The notes under the pieces: generated by a model | What the model saw: the letters and a program-made list of their open reading frames with translations, nothing else | What the model was told of the DNA's origin: nothing | The model's database searches: none | Program-made: the position numbers and the translations under genes | IMG/VR virus record: IMGVR_UViG_3300023199_000127 | Coordinates: 96,001 to 160,000 of that record | Origin: a virus | Length of the DNA stretch: 64,000 nt | Direction: 5' to 3' (one strand) | Shown here: positions 53,830 to 63,092 of the stretch, one piece after another | How the letters are laid out: the number at the start of each line of letters is the position of its first letter | Position numbering within the stretch: the stretch's first letter is position 1

Positions 53830-54354
53830 CTAGAACTCTTCGAGACCGAATTCGGAAATCGCCTTCATCGCCTTATCGGCATCACCCAACATGATCTCAT
53901 CCTGGGTGGCCTGACAACGAATTTCTAGATTGGCCAGACGCTTTCTGAAGCGACTTACGATCTCTCTCTCGACCTTCCTGCCTTTCTCTTGGTATTCATC
54001 ATGACGCTTTATCAGCTCTCCAAGCAAGGCATCGAAGCCATCAAAAACATCGTTGAGCTGTAGCTGGGGCTGCCCATTATGGCCGATGTTTTTGTAGATA
54101 CGCTTCTCGATCTCCGTCTCGAATCGAATCCGAATTGCCCTTGACTGAATTGCCCTCTTGAACAGCTTTACACGCTCTTCATTGGTCAGATCTCTCCAGA
54201 GACTGGGAGCATTTGCCCTATGCTCAGCGCTGATCTTCTCTATCTCTTGATACTTTTCTGATTCGATCTTAGCGCGCTTGTCAAATGCAATATCCCTAAT
54301 GCGCTTACAAGCGTAATTCTTCTGCGTCTGGTTCATGGTCTTGATGACCTTCAA
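53830..54354 (-). CDS. Hypothetical coiled-coil protein
   Basis: Helical ORF; true start may be ATG 54336. Confidence 0.7.
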   Translation of the reverse strand: MKVIKTMNQTQKNYACKRIRDIAFDKRAKIESEKYQEIEKISAEHRANAPSLWRDLTNEERVKLFKRAIQSRAIRIRFETEIEKRIYKNIGHNGQPQLQLNDVFDGFDALLGELIKRHDEYQEKGRKVEREIVSRFRKRLANLEIRCQATQDEIMLGDADKAMKAISEFGLEEF

Positions 54355-54388
54355 AAAAATAGCCCGCAGGTCGTTAAACCTGCGGGCT
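54353..54388 (-). terminator. Intrinsic terminator after the RNAP operon
   Basis: AGCCCGCAGGT-TTAACG-ACCTGCGGGCT followed by ATTTTTTT. Confidence 0.85.
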
Positions 54389-54438
54389 TTGGATGTCGTC
54401 GTTGATAGACAACGACGGGGAAGCTTTAGCTAACCCCT

Positions 54439-54930
54439 TTAGGGGTTGTCATTTGAATGTGGTTGTGAATTGGACCAATTGAGGGAAACAAACTTCCCCC
54501 AAAAGAATTTCCAAGTCGGGTATGTGAGCGGCTCCCATCTGTCATTGAAGATCATTGGGTTTGCTCTATTGACTTGATAGAACTGATCACGTGACGCAAC
54601 CAGTCCGCCAGGATTCGTGTCCATGAGCTTGTTGTACATCTGCCTACTAATGTGGATTCCCTCGATGTGAATCCACATCACTGCTTCACCTGCAAAAATA
54701 CAGGTGAAGGTGGTTGCCTCTGCACACATGCGGCCGTGACTCATAGTCACTAGCCGATTTTGCAGGTCGTCCCAATGGATCCGATAATTGGAATCCTCTG
54801 GACAGATGTAAATGTCACCATCCAGAAAGGTCCAGTCTTTGAATTGCTGGTACTCTTTCATGTAATAGTGATCACGAATAGCTCGAATGATGTGATCTGA
54901 CTTTGCGGTGGGATCGGAGGTGCTACTCAT
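54439..54930 (-). CDS. Hypothetical protein directly downstream of the RNAP beta-like gene
   Basis: ATG 54930 overlaps the stop of the beta-like gene. Confidence 0.7.
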   Translation of the reverse strand: MSSTSDPTAKSDHIIRAIRDHYYMKEYQQFKDWTFLDGDIYICPEDSNYRIHWDDLQNRLVTMSHGRMCAEATTFTCIFAGEAVMWIHIEGIHISRQMYNKLMDTNPGGLVASRDQFYQVNRANPMIFNDRWEPLTYPTWKFFWGKFVSLNWSNSQPHSNDNP

Positions 54931-56695
54931 GAGCAAATTTCTCCGGTTCCAGCACGCTAGCGACACTGCTGAAGTACTTCACACCAGCCATGTTCTCTCG
55001 CAGGGACGCATCGACAATATCGACGAGCCCATGAGATTCCATGGCGATCAGCTTTGCTAGGTCGCGCTTCTGCCCACCCAGACGCCCGCTATTGATCGGT
55101 ACGCCGTGGTGGTTGGTTGCCTGAGCGCCAGTCTGGACAGTTGCCTGCTCTTGAGCCAGCTTATCCAGCCGAATCATGTACACAGGAGCGACAAAGGTGC
55201 ATTCGGGCAGCGGCATCTTCTTCAAGAAGAGCTGCTCCTTGGCGCCATAACCCTCTTGCACCAAAGTCTCGAAAGACGGCGCATCATGGTTGTACTTCAA
55301 GAAGAGCTGTTGACCATGAGGCATAATAAAACGCCTGCCCAACATGGAGCACTTCTTGTTTGCCATCATCTCCCACAGAAGTCCCATCGCCTTCCGGGCG
55401 ATGATGGACTCCGGGCTAATGCAGGCATCCACGGTCTTGCCCTGCACAGTGTGCGGCATCTGATGATCCGGAACCACTCGCACCACTCCCTTGGTTCCGA
55501 ATCGAGTAGTCACCTTGTCCCCAGTCTGCAGGGGGGCACGGCGAGCCAACCAGAAGCGCCACCTGAGAACAGGCTTGTCCTGCTTCATAGAGCTAGTCAC
55601 CGTGATACGGTCGACCCAACCCTCGGTAAGCAGACGCTTGGAGTAGAACTCCACGCGCTGGCCATCGACATCAGTGCCGATAGCCAACAGGGCGCCTCGT
55701 TCCACCTCGTTACCCTGCTTGACCTTCAGTTCGAGCTTGCCATATGTTTCAATGGTCTCCGTGTGATAACGAATGGCCGCAGATTGCTTGGCGCAGGATT
55801 CACTGACGACAATGCAATCCTCCCACGTATAGCTCCTGAAATTCATCAGGGCGACATTCCAATGCTGGCCATCCAGATTGTGTAGCTCACCTGAGACCCA
55901 CGGCTCATCCGGGTTCTCCATCTCCAGAGAACCTTCGAAAGAGGTTCTCAGGAGATGTGTGCGCAGATTCATATCCACCGCCAGGGCATTGGCCATGTTT
56001 GTGCCACACAAGGGCTTGTTGCTAGGGATGGCTTGTCCAGTAAGCTTGTCGATCTTCACGCCCTCGCACATGCGATAGGCGCGATTGATCTTGGAGCCCT
56101 GAGAAGTACTGGTGGGATCCAGGATGCCGAGCAGTTCCTCCGGGAAACGAAGGTCTTCCAGATCGAGGCTACTCGGGACATCAAGGTATACCAGCTCATG
56201 AAGCGACTGACGTGCCATCTTGTTCTGAGGCAAGATCGGGAAATATACGCTATCTGCGAAGATCTTCCGGATCTTGTGACGCGCAGTTTCATTGTGCGGA
56301 GGGGTACCGGTGAAGTAGAAATCCCGCAGGACATCGCTCATGGCCTTCTGCAGTTGGTCAATGACCACCTGAGCCGGCGTGCGAAAGATCCAGCGTCGCT
56401 GTCCCGGGGGCGCTTGCATATCGGGATAACACCGATGTACCACAACGCGCTCACCGTCACGAAGCATAAAGCTCCCGTCGGGGTTGAACTTCGGCAAAGC
56501 GATGAGCAGCTTGCAGCTCTTATACTGCGTGCCACCACACAACCAGCCATAGAACTGGACCTGATACCAGTTCTCCTCCGGACGCACATACTCTGCAGGG
56601 CAATCCACATCCTTAATGGCCGGTGCCTTAACGGACTGGATCGCACACTGCATTCCGTGTGGATTCAAGTAGTGTTCGAGGACTTTAGTGTCCAT
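54923..56695 (-). CDS. rpoB: Miniaturised RNA polymerase beta-like subunit (590 aa)
   Basis: DGSFMLRDGERVVV, GILDPTSTSQG, YTWEDCIVVSES, GDKVTTRFGTKG, DACISP, YMIRL and GGQK...AMESHG align in order with RpoB conserved regions. Confidence 0.9.
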   Translation of the reverse strand: MDTKVLEHYLNPHGMQCAIQSVKAPAIKDVDCPAEYVRPEENWYQVQFYGWLCGGTQYKSCKLLIALPKFNPDGSFMLRDGERVVVHRCYPDMQAPPGQRRWIFRTPAQVVIDQLQKAMSDVLRDFYFTGTPPHNETARHKIRKIFADSVYFPILPQNKMARQSLHELVYLDVPSSLDLEDLRFPEELLGILDPTSTSQGSKINRAYRMCEGVKIDKLTGQAIPSNKPLCGTNMANALAVDMNLRTHLLRTSFEGSLEMENPDEPWVSGELHNLDGQHWNVALMNFRSYTWEDCIVVSESCAKQSAAIRYHTETIETYGKLELKVKQGNEVERGALLAIGTDVDGQRVEFYSKRLLTEGWVDRITVTSSMKQDKPVLRWRFWLARRAPLQTGDKVTTRFGTKGVVRVVPDHQMPHTVQGKTVDACISPESIIARKAMGLLWEMMANKKCSMLGRRFIMPHGQQLFLKYNHDAPSFETLVQEGYGAKEQLFLKKMPLPECTFVAPVYMIRLDKLAQEQATVQTGAQATNHHGVPINSGRLGGQKRDLAKLIAMESHGLVDIVDASLRENMAGVKYFSSVASVLEPEKFAHE

Positions 56696-56701
56696 GCTTC
56701 C

Positions 56702-57034
56702 CTAACCTCCGTTGCTCTTGTTGTATTTGTTGAGCTTGGCGTAAGCTTCCTCCGTAGCTTTCCAGCCAAGAGCCTTGCACACAATGTCAATGGTCTCCAT
56801 ATCGACTGAGGGCCCACCAGCGACTTCGATAGTGACTTCCCTATCGGTCAGCTCCCGGCCTTCGTTGTCATACACCTGACAGGTGAGCTTGACCATGCCG
56901 ATATAGCGACTATTCTCGTGGACCTCATCGTACTCAATGTAGTCAAGGAGATCTTTGTGTATCTCCTTGTTCTCTTCGTTCAAGATCTCGTGCTCCCTTT
57001 CCTTGTCGAAGTGTCTATCCTGTTTGCTGCTCAC
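56702..57034 (-). CDS. Small acidic protein between the two RNAP subunit genes
   Basis: GTG start at 57034 chosen to minimise overlap. Confidence 0.6.
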   Translation of the reverse strand: MSSKQDRHFDKEREHEILNEENKEIHKDLLDYIEYDEVHENSRYIGMVKLTCQVYDNEGRELTDREVTIEVAGGPSVDMETIDIVCKALGWKATEEAYAKLNKYNKSNGG

Positions 57035-58700
57035 TGAGCACCTTCTTGAGACGCTCAGTGTGAAGCGTCCATGCCTTGTTACAGACACCAAACTTGTCAG
57101 TGTCGCCATGTCTGAGGAGTCGCACAGCCAGACCCTGGCTGTAGCGATCTCCCGAAATCATTTCGTGGATGGGGCAGTACCGCAGGGAAATCTGCGTAAG
57201 TCCCACGAATCGCTCCGGCAACATGTTGTTGAACCGCTCCATCATGTTGATGCCGAACTGCTTGCGCAACTTCTTGCGCAGCATATCGAAGATGGTATCG
57301 GCGGTCATACTACCAACTTGTCGAAGGAGACGCATGTAGGACTTCTTCTCCTTGCCTGCCGGCAAGATCTCATCCAGGACTATTCGTGCGGGATACACGA
57401 GATAGATGACCTCAATCATCGTCTTTGCTTCCCGCGGCTCAATGTCCAGTTTCTGCAGCTCGGCAAGTGCTTCCTCTACAGATGCTTGTGCCCATGCACC
57501 GGTCTGATTGAGGATCTTCAGGACATGGAAGGGGTCATATCCTGCTTCGTGCTTGGAATCCAGCAGGATTTGCTGCAGTCGCTCCGAAAGATAGTTTGCT
57601 GAACGGAGCCACGTACGATTCCAACCAGCCAGCACCTTCAGGCGATTGGAGGCTGCTCCGATGGGACCCAAAAGGGTCTTCATCTTCAGCATGTCATGAT
57701 TCTTATCGAGCGTCCTCTCCCACCACTCATCGACTTCCAGAGCCGATGCCATCTCATCGCACGCCTCATGGAGGCCTTCCTTGCCGCTTGTGCGATCGAT
57801 AGTCTTCCAGCCATCGGGACATGCATCCAGAACCTGCTCAGGTGAGATCGAGAAACCAGTTGTGACAAACCGCTCCTTACCATCCTCCTTGGCACGCTCC
57901 CAGTCAACCACTTGGCTGGGATTTTCGTACAGAGCCTGCTTGGACCAGCCGCCATGCACGAGGCAAAATTCCATCAAATGGTCCTTTGCCTCCTGCTGGC
58001 ACTCCGGCGTATCTGGAATCGGGAACCAATAGAGACAATCACCATCGCAGTCTGCACCAAGCTGCTCAAAGAGCAGCGGATGCATCTCGATGACGTCGTC
58101 AGGGCTCTTCATAGCTCTGACGATCTCCAGTGACCCGTCCCAGATAGTGGGATCGCGGCCGATCATGATGAAATCACCATGCTGCAGTTCTGCATGGTCG
58201 AAGAACTTGCCCGGCAGCGCAACGTACTCCGGATCATGGTTAGCGTTCGGGACGAGCACAGCTCGTCCAGATCGCTTCACACGTGCACCGACAATCACGT
58301 TACGAATCAGGCCATTCTTCGAGGCCAGATGGCTGATGGCTCGCTTCTGATAAGCTGACACCATCGCCTGAATGGCCTTCTCCGGCGCCTCCCCTTCCTC
58401 ATACTGAAGGAGTACCCGCGCCAACTGATTGGCAGTGAACATCAGCGGGTGCACTGTCCACAGGCCCTGGTTATTCTGGACCTCGATGGGCGGCACACGA
58501 ACCCGGTTGATCTGCCGGCCTGCGTAATCCGCTACTGCCACTGGCAGCTGGATCCACGCACCGTTCTTACGGATCTTCGGATCCAGAACGGTACCATCGA
58601 TGTTCTGCACCTTCTCCGGATCAATGATCGGAGGTAGGTCATCGGTGAGGACGGGCCTACCGTCCACATTGGTTTCGGCGATGATTACCGGATGAATCAC
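57015..58700 (-). CDS. rpoC: Miniaturised RNA polymerase beta-prime-like subunit (561 aa)
   Basis: KNGLIR...GARVKRSGRAV, GRDPTI, MHPL....GADCDGD; later bridge-helix-like and trigger-loop-like segments. Confidence 0.9.
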   Translation of the reverse strand: MIHPVIIAETNVDGRPVLTDDLPPIIDPEKVQNIDGTVLDPKIRKNGAWIQLPVAVADYAGRQINRVRVPPIEVQNNQGLWTVHPLMFTANQLARVLLQYEEGEAPEKAIQAMVSAYQKRAISHLASKNGLIRNVIVGARVKRSGRAVLVPNANHDPEYVALPGKFFDHAELQHGDFIMIGRDPTIWDGSLEIVRAMKSPDDVIEMHPLLFEQLGADCDGDCLYWFPIPDTPECQQEAKDHLMEFCLVHGGWSKQALYENPSQVVDWERAKEDGKERFVTTGFSISPEQVLDACPDGWKTIDRTSGKEGLHEACDEMASALEVDEWWERTLDKNHDMLKMKTLLGPIGAASNRLKVLAGWNRTWLRSANYLSERLQQILLDSKHEAGYDPFHVLKILNQTGAWAQASVEEALAELQKLDIEPREAKTMIEVIYLVYPARIVLDEILPAGKEKKSYMRLLRQVGSMTADTIFDMLRKKLRKQFGINMMERFNNMLPERFVGLTQISLRYCPIHEMISGDRYSQGLAVRLLRHGDTDKFGVCNKAWTLHTERLKKVLSEQQTG

Positions 58701-58945
58701 GCCGCACCTCCGACGGACTGCAGGACCTTGCTACGCTGCAACAAAAGCAGCTTGTGCTGGTCCTTGGCATCGGACTGCTCGATCACGGCCACGAAGGCTC
58801 GGAAGATCCACTTGAATCCGAGGACATTCCACACCAGGTAGAACAAGGTGTAGGCGCCACGGAAGAGCAGCTTTTCCAAACCTTCAATGAGTGCAAGGAC
58901 GACATCCAGACATGCGTTCATGGACTTCTTACTCCTGTTGGTCAT
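58697..58945 (-). CDS. Small hydrophobic hypothetical protein
   Basis: Coupled by GTGA overlap to the beta-prime gene. Confidence 0.6.
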   Translation of the reverse strand: MTNRSKKSMNACLDVVLALIEGLEKLLFRGAYTLFYLVWNVLGFKWIFRAFVAVIEQSDAKDQHKLLLLQRSKVLQSVGGAA

Positions 58946-59213
58946 AGCTTCCCTTCGATTCCCAATACCGCTGACAAACGGATTTGAGGAATACTATCAA
59001 ATCTGCGTGGGATGAAAACACCGTGTCACCGGTGATCATTACTCCACCTAAGGCTTGGTCCGACATAATGCGGACCTGAAGTTGGGTGTCACCAATCTCA
59101 TCAAGCATCGTGAGGAGACTGGCAGGTGTATCGCGAGTGAACTGCGTGGTTTGGCCCTCGGCCAACCACGTGCCATCGCTAGGAGGTTTCGGAGGCAGCG
59201 AACTCTTCGACAT
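58929..59213 (-). CDS. Hypothetical protein
   Basis: Overlapping ORF in run. Confidence 0.55.
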   Translation of the reverse strand: MSKSSLPPKPPSDGTWLAEGQTTQFTRDTPASLLTMLDEIGDTQLQVRIMSDQALGGVMITGDTVFSSHADLIVFLKSVCQRYWESKGSYDQQE

Positions 59214-59562
59214 CCTCGTCCACTTCCTCGATCGGCTCGTCGTAATTCTCGATGGTGCCGACGAGGAACGGGATGATGACGAGCAGCTGCGCTGCTCCCG
59301 GCCCGCGTGACGACTGGGTCATCCGATACACCGTACCGCCCATATTCAGGCTCACAATCGGCTGACCACGATCTGTGTACCGCTTCTTGATGCGGTATCC
59401 GGAGATGATGCGCTCGTCGTCATCGGAGAGGAGAAACTGAAATCCCTCTTCGAGGACGCGCTTCACATGTATATCGTCGACTTGTCCGCCTCCGATTTCG
59501 GCGACAAAATCGGAGCCGCCATGGAATACGCGTCCCGTGGCGGCTTGTCTTTGCTTGCCCAT
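59179..59562 (-). CDS. Hypothetical protein
   Basis: Start at ATG 59562 after GGAGG. Confidence 0.65.
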   Translation of the reverse strand: MGKQRQAATGRVFHGGSDFVAEIGGGQVDDIHVKRVLEEGFQFLLSDDDERIISGYRIKKRYTDRGQPIVSLNMGGTVYRMTQSSRGPGAAQLLVIIPFLVGTIENYDEPIEEVDEDVEEFAASETS

Positions 59563-59627
59563 TGCTTCTACCTCCTGGTTGAAATTTGGAACACGATTAA
59601 GTGTGGTGACACCCAACCGACGTTGCA

Positions 59628-59996
59628 CTAAGCGACGGCGGTCTGTTCTTCGAAGAGTGTTTGTGCCGCCTCTTCCAAAGTCTGAAACACAGTCCCATCA
59701 ATCACGATCTTTCGCATTACGATCGTGAATTGCGTAGGATCTGCTTGGCTAGGAACTTCTAGCTCTGCCCAGCTGATCTCATGCCCAGCTCTAACGAGCA
59801 TGGCCCACGGATCATCCGATTGCCAAGCATTCTGTTGAATCACACTGATCTTAGCCATGTCATTATGTAGCGTGACATGTCTCTGTCCAGTGCTAGATAG
59901 CACATGGATCTCCCAGCGATTTTTCGATGTTTCAAAGTGGTCGGATTCACTATGCAGAGCTTTGTGTGCGAACTCCGCAACCTTATCAAATTTCAC
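59628..59996 (-). CDS. Hypothetical protein
   Basis: Coupled ORF. Confidence 0.65.
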   Translation of the reverse strand: MKFDKVAEFAHKALHSESDHFETSKNRWEIHVLSSTGQRHVTLHNDMAKISVIQQNAWQSDDPWAMLVRAGHEISWAELEVPSQADPTQFTIVMRKIVIDGTVFQTLEEAAQTLFEEQTAVA

Positions 59997-60523
59997 TATT
60001 CGAACACTCCTTCTTCGTGCTGAGCGATGAACATGCTAATCTCTTCATCGCTATCCGCGGCGTTTGCGATTGCGCCTGCGACCTTGATATCGGGCACAGC
60101 CATCATCTCCATTACCTCTCGGATCTTTTGCACCTCGTCCTGCTGGGCTTCGTAGACGATCACAATGCTCGTACGCCATACGCCGCGGTCATTTGTTCCA
60201 ATACGGCTAATGGCGCAATTCAGAATCCTATTCTCCTTGAGAAGCCGGGCAATGATAGGGGCATAGTTCTTTGGGATGTACCCGATACGCTGCGAAGCAG
60301 TATCGGGTACATCCCTCGGCTTGCCTCTAGGTGGTACCCAGACACTCACCGCGTTCTTGTCTTTGGGATTGCTAGGTTCTGGTAGAAGGTTCACCGCTTG
60401 CTTCGGGAGGAGCAAGCGGAGAAGTCCCCGGTCTTCCTGGTAATCCGTGCCAAAGACTGGAAGAATGATTTCCTCGGGCCAAGATTCGGGGCGAGGATTC
60501 TGAAGTACGTCTTGTTGAGCCAT
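59996..60523 (-). CDS. HIRAN-domain protein
   Basis: V.GT.Y, L.PEPSNP.DKNAV.V and IGYIP motifs. Confidence 0.85.
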   Translation of the reverse strand: MAQQDVLQNPRPESWPEEIILPVFGTDYQEDRGLLRLLLPKQAVNLLPEPSNPKDKNAVSVWVPPRGKPRDVPDTASQRIGYIPKNYAPIIARLLKENRILNCAISRIGTNDRGVWRTSIVIVYEAQQDEVQKIREVMEMMAVPDIKVAGAIANAADSDEEISMFIAQHEEGVFE

Positions 60524-61146
60524 AGCTTACGTTCGCTAAGAGAGGCAACCTTTTCCTCTCCTTCATGAATGGTGTGGACGTCGAACCTGAGGAAACCCAT
60601 ATAGGTTTTCCGCTTACCTGCTGCAGCTCTTGCCTCATGGGCAAGCTCATCACAGATCTCATTGTTATGATTGCCGTCGTGTCCCTTCACATGCTTGAGT
60701 CTTACAGATCTCCAGCGCTGCTTAGCTCTTCGACAACTCTTGATCAGTTCGACGTTCTTCTTGTTCTTGTACTTACCGAGGATGCTATTAATGCACCACT
60801 CGGAGTCTGTGTGCAAGATGGCTGTGTCGGTTCGTTCCTCCTCTTTATCAAACTGATCAAAGGGATGAATCATTTTCTTGCTGGCACGAACCAAAGGACT
60901 TGTAGCCTTGAATAGTGCCAGACCGACTCTAATCGCCATCAGCTCTGCGGTATTGTTGGTGGGCCCATCAGGGGCCATCAACTGACCCGGTGCAAAACTG
61001 ATCTTCACACCCCATGTACCTTCATGGGTACGTAGATCAGGCTGCCACAGGGCAACAATTCCACAACCAGTAGCGTGGCCACGATGGTGGCCACTGCCAT
61101 CGGTCCAGATTGAGTAATACTGCTTACTAGGACGCGCTTCCAACAT
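60391..61146 (-). CDS. rnhA: Ribonuclease HI
   Basis: WTDGS, TNNTAEL, TDSEW, KN.EL and HVKGH.G...NE.CD.LA motifs. Start at ATG 61146; the 3' end overlaps the HIRAN gene. Confidence 0.92.
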   Translation of the reverse strand: MLEARPSKQYYSIWTDGSGHHRGHATGCGIVALWQPDLRTHEGTWGVKISFAPGQLMAPDGPTNNTAELMAIRVGLALFKATSPLVRASKKMIHPFDQFDKEEERTDTAILHTDSEWCINSILGKYKNKKNVELIKSCRRAKQRWRSVRLKHVKGHDGNHNNEICDELAHEARAAAGKRKTYMGFLRFDVHTIHEGEEKVASLSERKLWLNKTYFRILAPNLGPRKSFFQSLARITRKTGDFSACSSRSKR

Positions 61147-61618
61147 CTGCGGAAGCGATGCGTTGATGTACTTCAACGTAGGTTCCCTTACCGGGGTTAG
61201 GCTCTGCAAAGTGCTTCTTGAAGAAGCCATAGACGACTGTAGGTAGGATGTCGTCCTGTCCTGCCCCCGGCAGGAAACAGGCGACCGACTTCGCCTCCAA
61301 TGTCTCCGCCTTCTCCTTGAGTTTGCCCAACACCTCATCGATGTACTTGTACTTGATGCCCTGTTCATCAGAGATGTTGGCGAAGATAACCTGCATGTTC
61401 GCTGGGAGCGCCACATGCATAGCCTTCTTCTTGTCATCCTTTAGAAGAGCCATCATGCCTGGCTCCCACCGAGGGTTCTCCTCAAGCTTCTTGAGTCGTT
61501 CCCAAACGATAGCAGGAATGACACCCTGTACCTCAGAAGGGAAGTCGTTAATGTTGAAGATCAAGAGAGTGTCACAAATACACTCTTTCAGATCTGCATT
61601 CTTTATCAGCTTGAGCAT
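61127..61618 (-). CDS. Degenerate macrodomain-like protein
   Basis: PG.M.L...IFAN......Y..I...L..L...A......SVA...PGAG pattern resembles Poa1/TARG1-type macrodomains. Confidence 0.45.
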   Translation of the reverse strand: MLKLIKNADLKECICDTLLIFNINDFPSEVQGVIPAIVWERLKKLEENPRWEPGMMALLKDDKKKAMHVALPANMQVIFANISDEQGIKYKYIDEVLGKLKEKAETLEAKSVACFLPGAGQDDILPTVVYGFFKKHFAEPNPGKGTYVEVHQRIASADVGSAS

Positions 61619-61812
61619 GATTTGTTCTTCTTCAAACGATGAAGTAGCCGCCGGTACATGACCTTAGGTCTACCCCTAGAACTGTCTAGGTAGACTACAT
61701 ACTCCTGGTCATCTTGAAAGCCACAGCATGCTGCAAGATCGTTCAGAGTTTTCGTTGCAATCTTACGATCGGCTAGATGCTTTGGTGCAGCAATGTAGTG
61801 ATCTTCATACAA
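61606..61812 (-). CDS. Hypothetical protein
   Basis: Fills slot. Confidence 0.5.
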   Translation of the reverse strand: MYEDHYIAAPKHLADRKIATKTLNDLAACCGFQDDQEYVVYLDSSRGRPKVMYRRLLHRLKKNKSCSS

Positions 61813-61952
61813 TGTATCCTTGAATTTCGCCCCCCGGGCGATTGCGAGTTTTGCAGCGGGTCACAATCGAGTGATCTCACCTTCCTTGTTGCCCCGACCC
61901 CAGTGTATGTCAAAGTAGTCGGCTTTCTTCAGCGCAGCTTTCACTTCCTTAA

Positions 61953-63092
61953 TTACCTGCTTGCTTCTCTGCACGGTTTTCCTCTTTCTTTAAGCCTATT
62001 GGCGATGGCCTTGTAGATCTGTTCGGTGGTGTCTTTCTGATCGAACATTGAGAAGAGCATGCCGCGGACCTCCGCGGGTGCTCTATCCTGTACAGCAAGA
62101 GCAAACGCCTTCCTGTTACCCTTTAGGTGGAGTAGGTCGCGCCACAAAGAGTCCACCAGTTCCCGGATTTCCCAGAATGCCAGGTTCAACTGGCCGATTA
62201 AATCGTCGAACTCATCCACCCTGTGGTCAGGAAGGCCCTCTCTGAGCTCCTGGACGAGTGTTTGCAGGTCGCCGGCCGGTGAGATACCCTCGTCCAGATG
62301 ACGCGTCCTGAGGGCCCCCAGGAGCCTCTTGAAGGTCACCTCGTCGACCAGCCTATGCATTTCCACATAGTCGGGGCTCTTAATCTTTACGCGGAGACCA
62401 TTGTCCCAGCGCACGACATAGCCCTCATGGTTCTCTCGGAAGGTGGGATTGGTCAGGTCGTGGATGTCGTACAGCTCTGGAAGTCGCATGCCCAGTCTGC
62501 GTGCATACCGCTTCAAGACGCTCTGAGAGACCTCGAGTCCACTACGGGTATGGATGACCCCAAGGAGCACCAGCTCCTTGCGGTCCTTGTAATCCACCAC
62601 AATACGGTTCTCAGGGTAAATGATCTCGGTCAGTATGGTCACATTCTTGGGAATTTCGTCGAAGTTGTAACGGCGCCGGCCGAAGTCCTGTGCCCACTCC
62701 GCCTGTTCACTAGTGAAGCTGCCACGGGTGCTACAGTACCAGTCTCCCTCCCAGTTCCACCAGATCCCCAAGCTACCGTCTATCTTCTCCTCGGCTTGAT
62801 AGCCGATGAGCCACGGGTCAGGAAAGTTCTCTGGTGAAGAGACGGGCATCTCGCCAAGATTAAAGAACTTACGGAAGGGACGAGCAATCAGCTTGTCCCC
62901 ATGAGAGTGGAGGATCAGACCACGGGATTGAGTAGTGACATCATCCCATGCACGTTGAAACGCGCACTCGTTGGTGTAGTTGTAAAGCGTGAGAGGAAAA
63001 ATCGGGTGCGACTGCTTGCTAATAAGACCGCGCTCGATATATTCGTCGAGCTCAATCCTAAGCGGTGCACGATCTGTCTCAAACTCAATCAC
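61953..63092 (-). CDS. T4 Rnl1-type RNA ligase
   Basis: LYNY, RGLI, RPFRKFFN, EKIDGSLG, STRGSF, EGYVV and RVKIK..Y motifs. Confidence 0.93.
   Translation of the reverse strand: MIEFETDRAPLRIELDEYIERGLISKQSHPIFPLTLYNYTNECAFQRAWDDVTTQSRGLILHSHGDKLIARPFRKFFNLGEMPVSSPENFPDPWLIGYQAEEKIDGSLGIWWNWEGDWYCSTRGSFTSEQAEWAQDFGRRRYNFDEIPKNVTILTEIIYPENRIVVDYKDRKELVLLGVIHTRSGLEVSQSVLKRYARRLGMRLPELYDIHDLTNPTFRENHEGYVVRWDNGLRVKIKSPDYVEMHRLVDEVTFKRLLGALRTRHLDEGISPAGDLQTLVQELREGLPDHRVDEFDDLIGQLNLAFWEIRELVDSLWRDLLHLKGNRKAFALAVQDRAPAEVRGMLFSMFDQKDTTEQIYKAIANRLKERGKPCREASR

Noticed and set aside
60391-60523. 133-nt overlap of the RNase H tail with the HIRAN gene as a dual-coding region
   Set aside because: The tail lies beyond the RNase H fold and has no recognisable motif; more likely a drifted stop or an indel.
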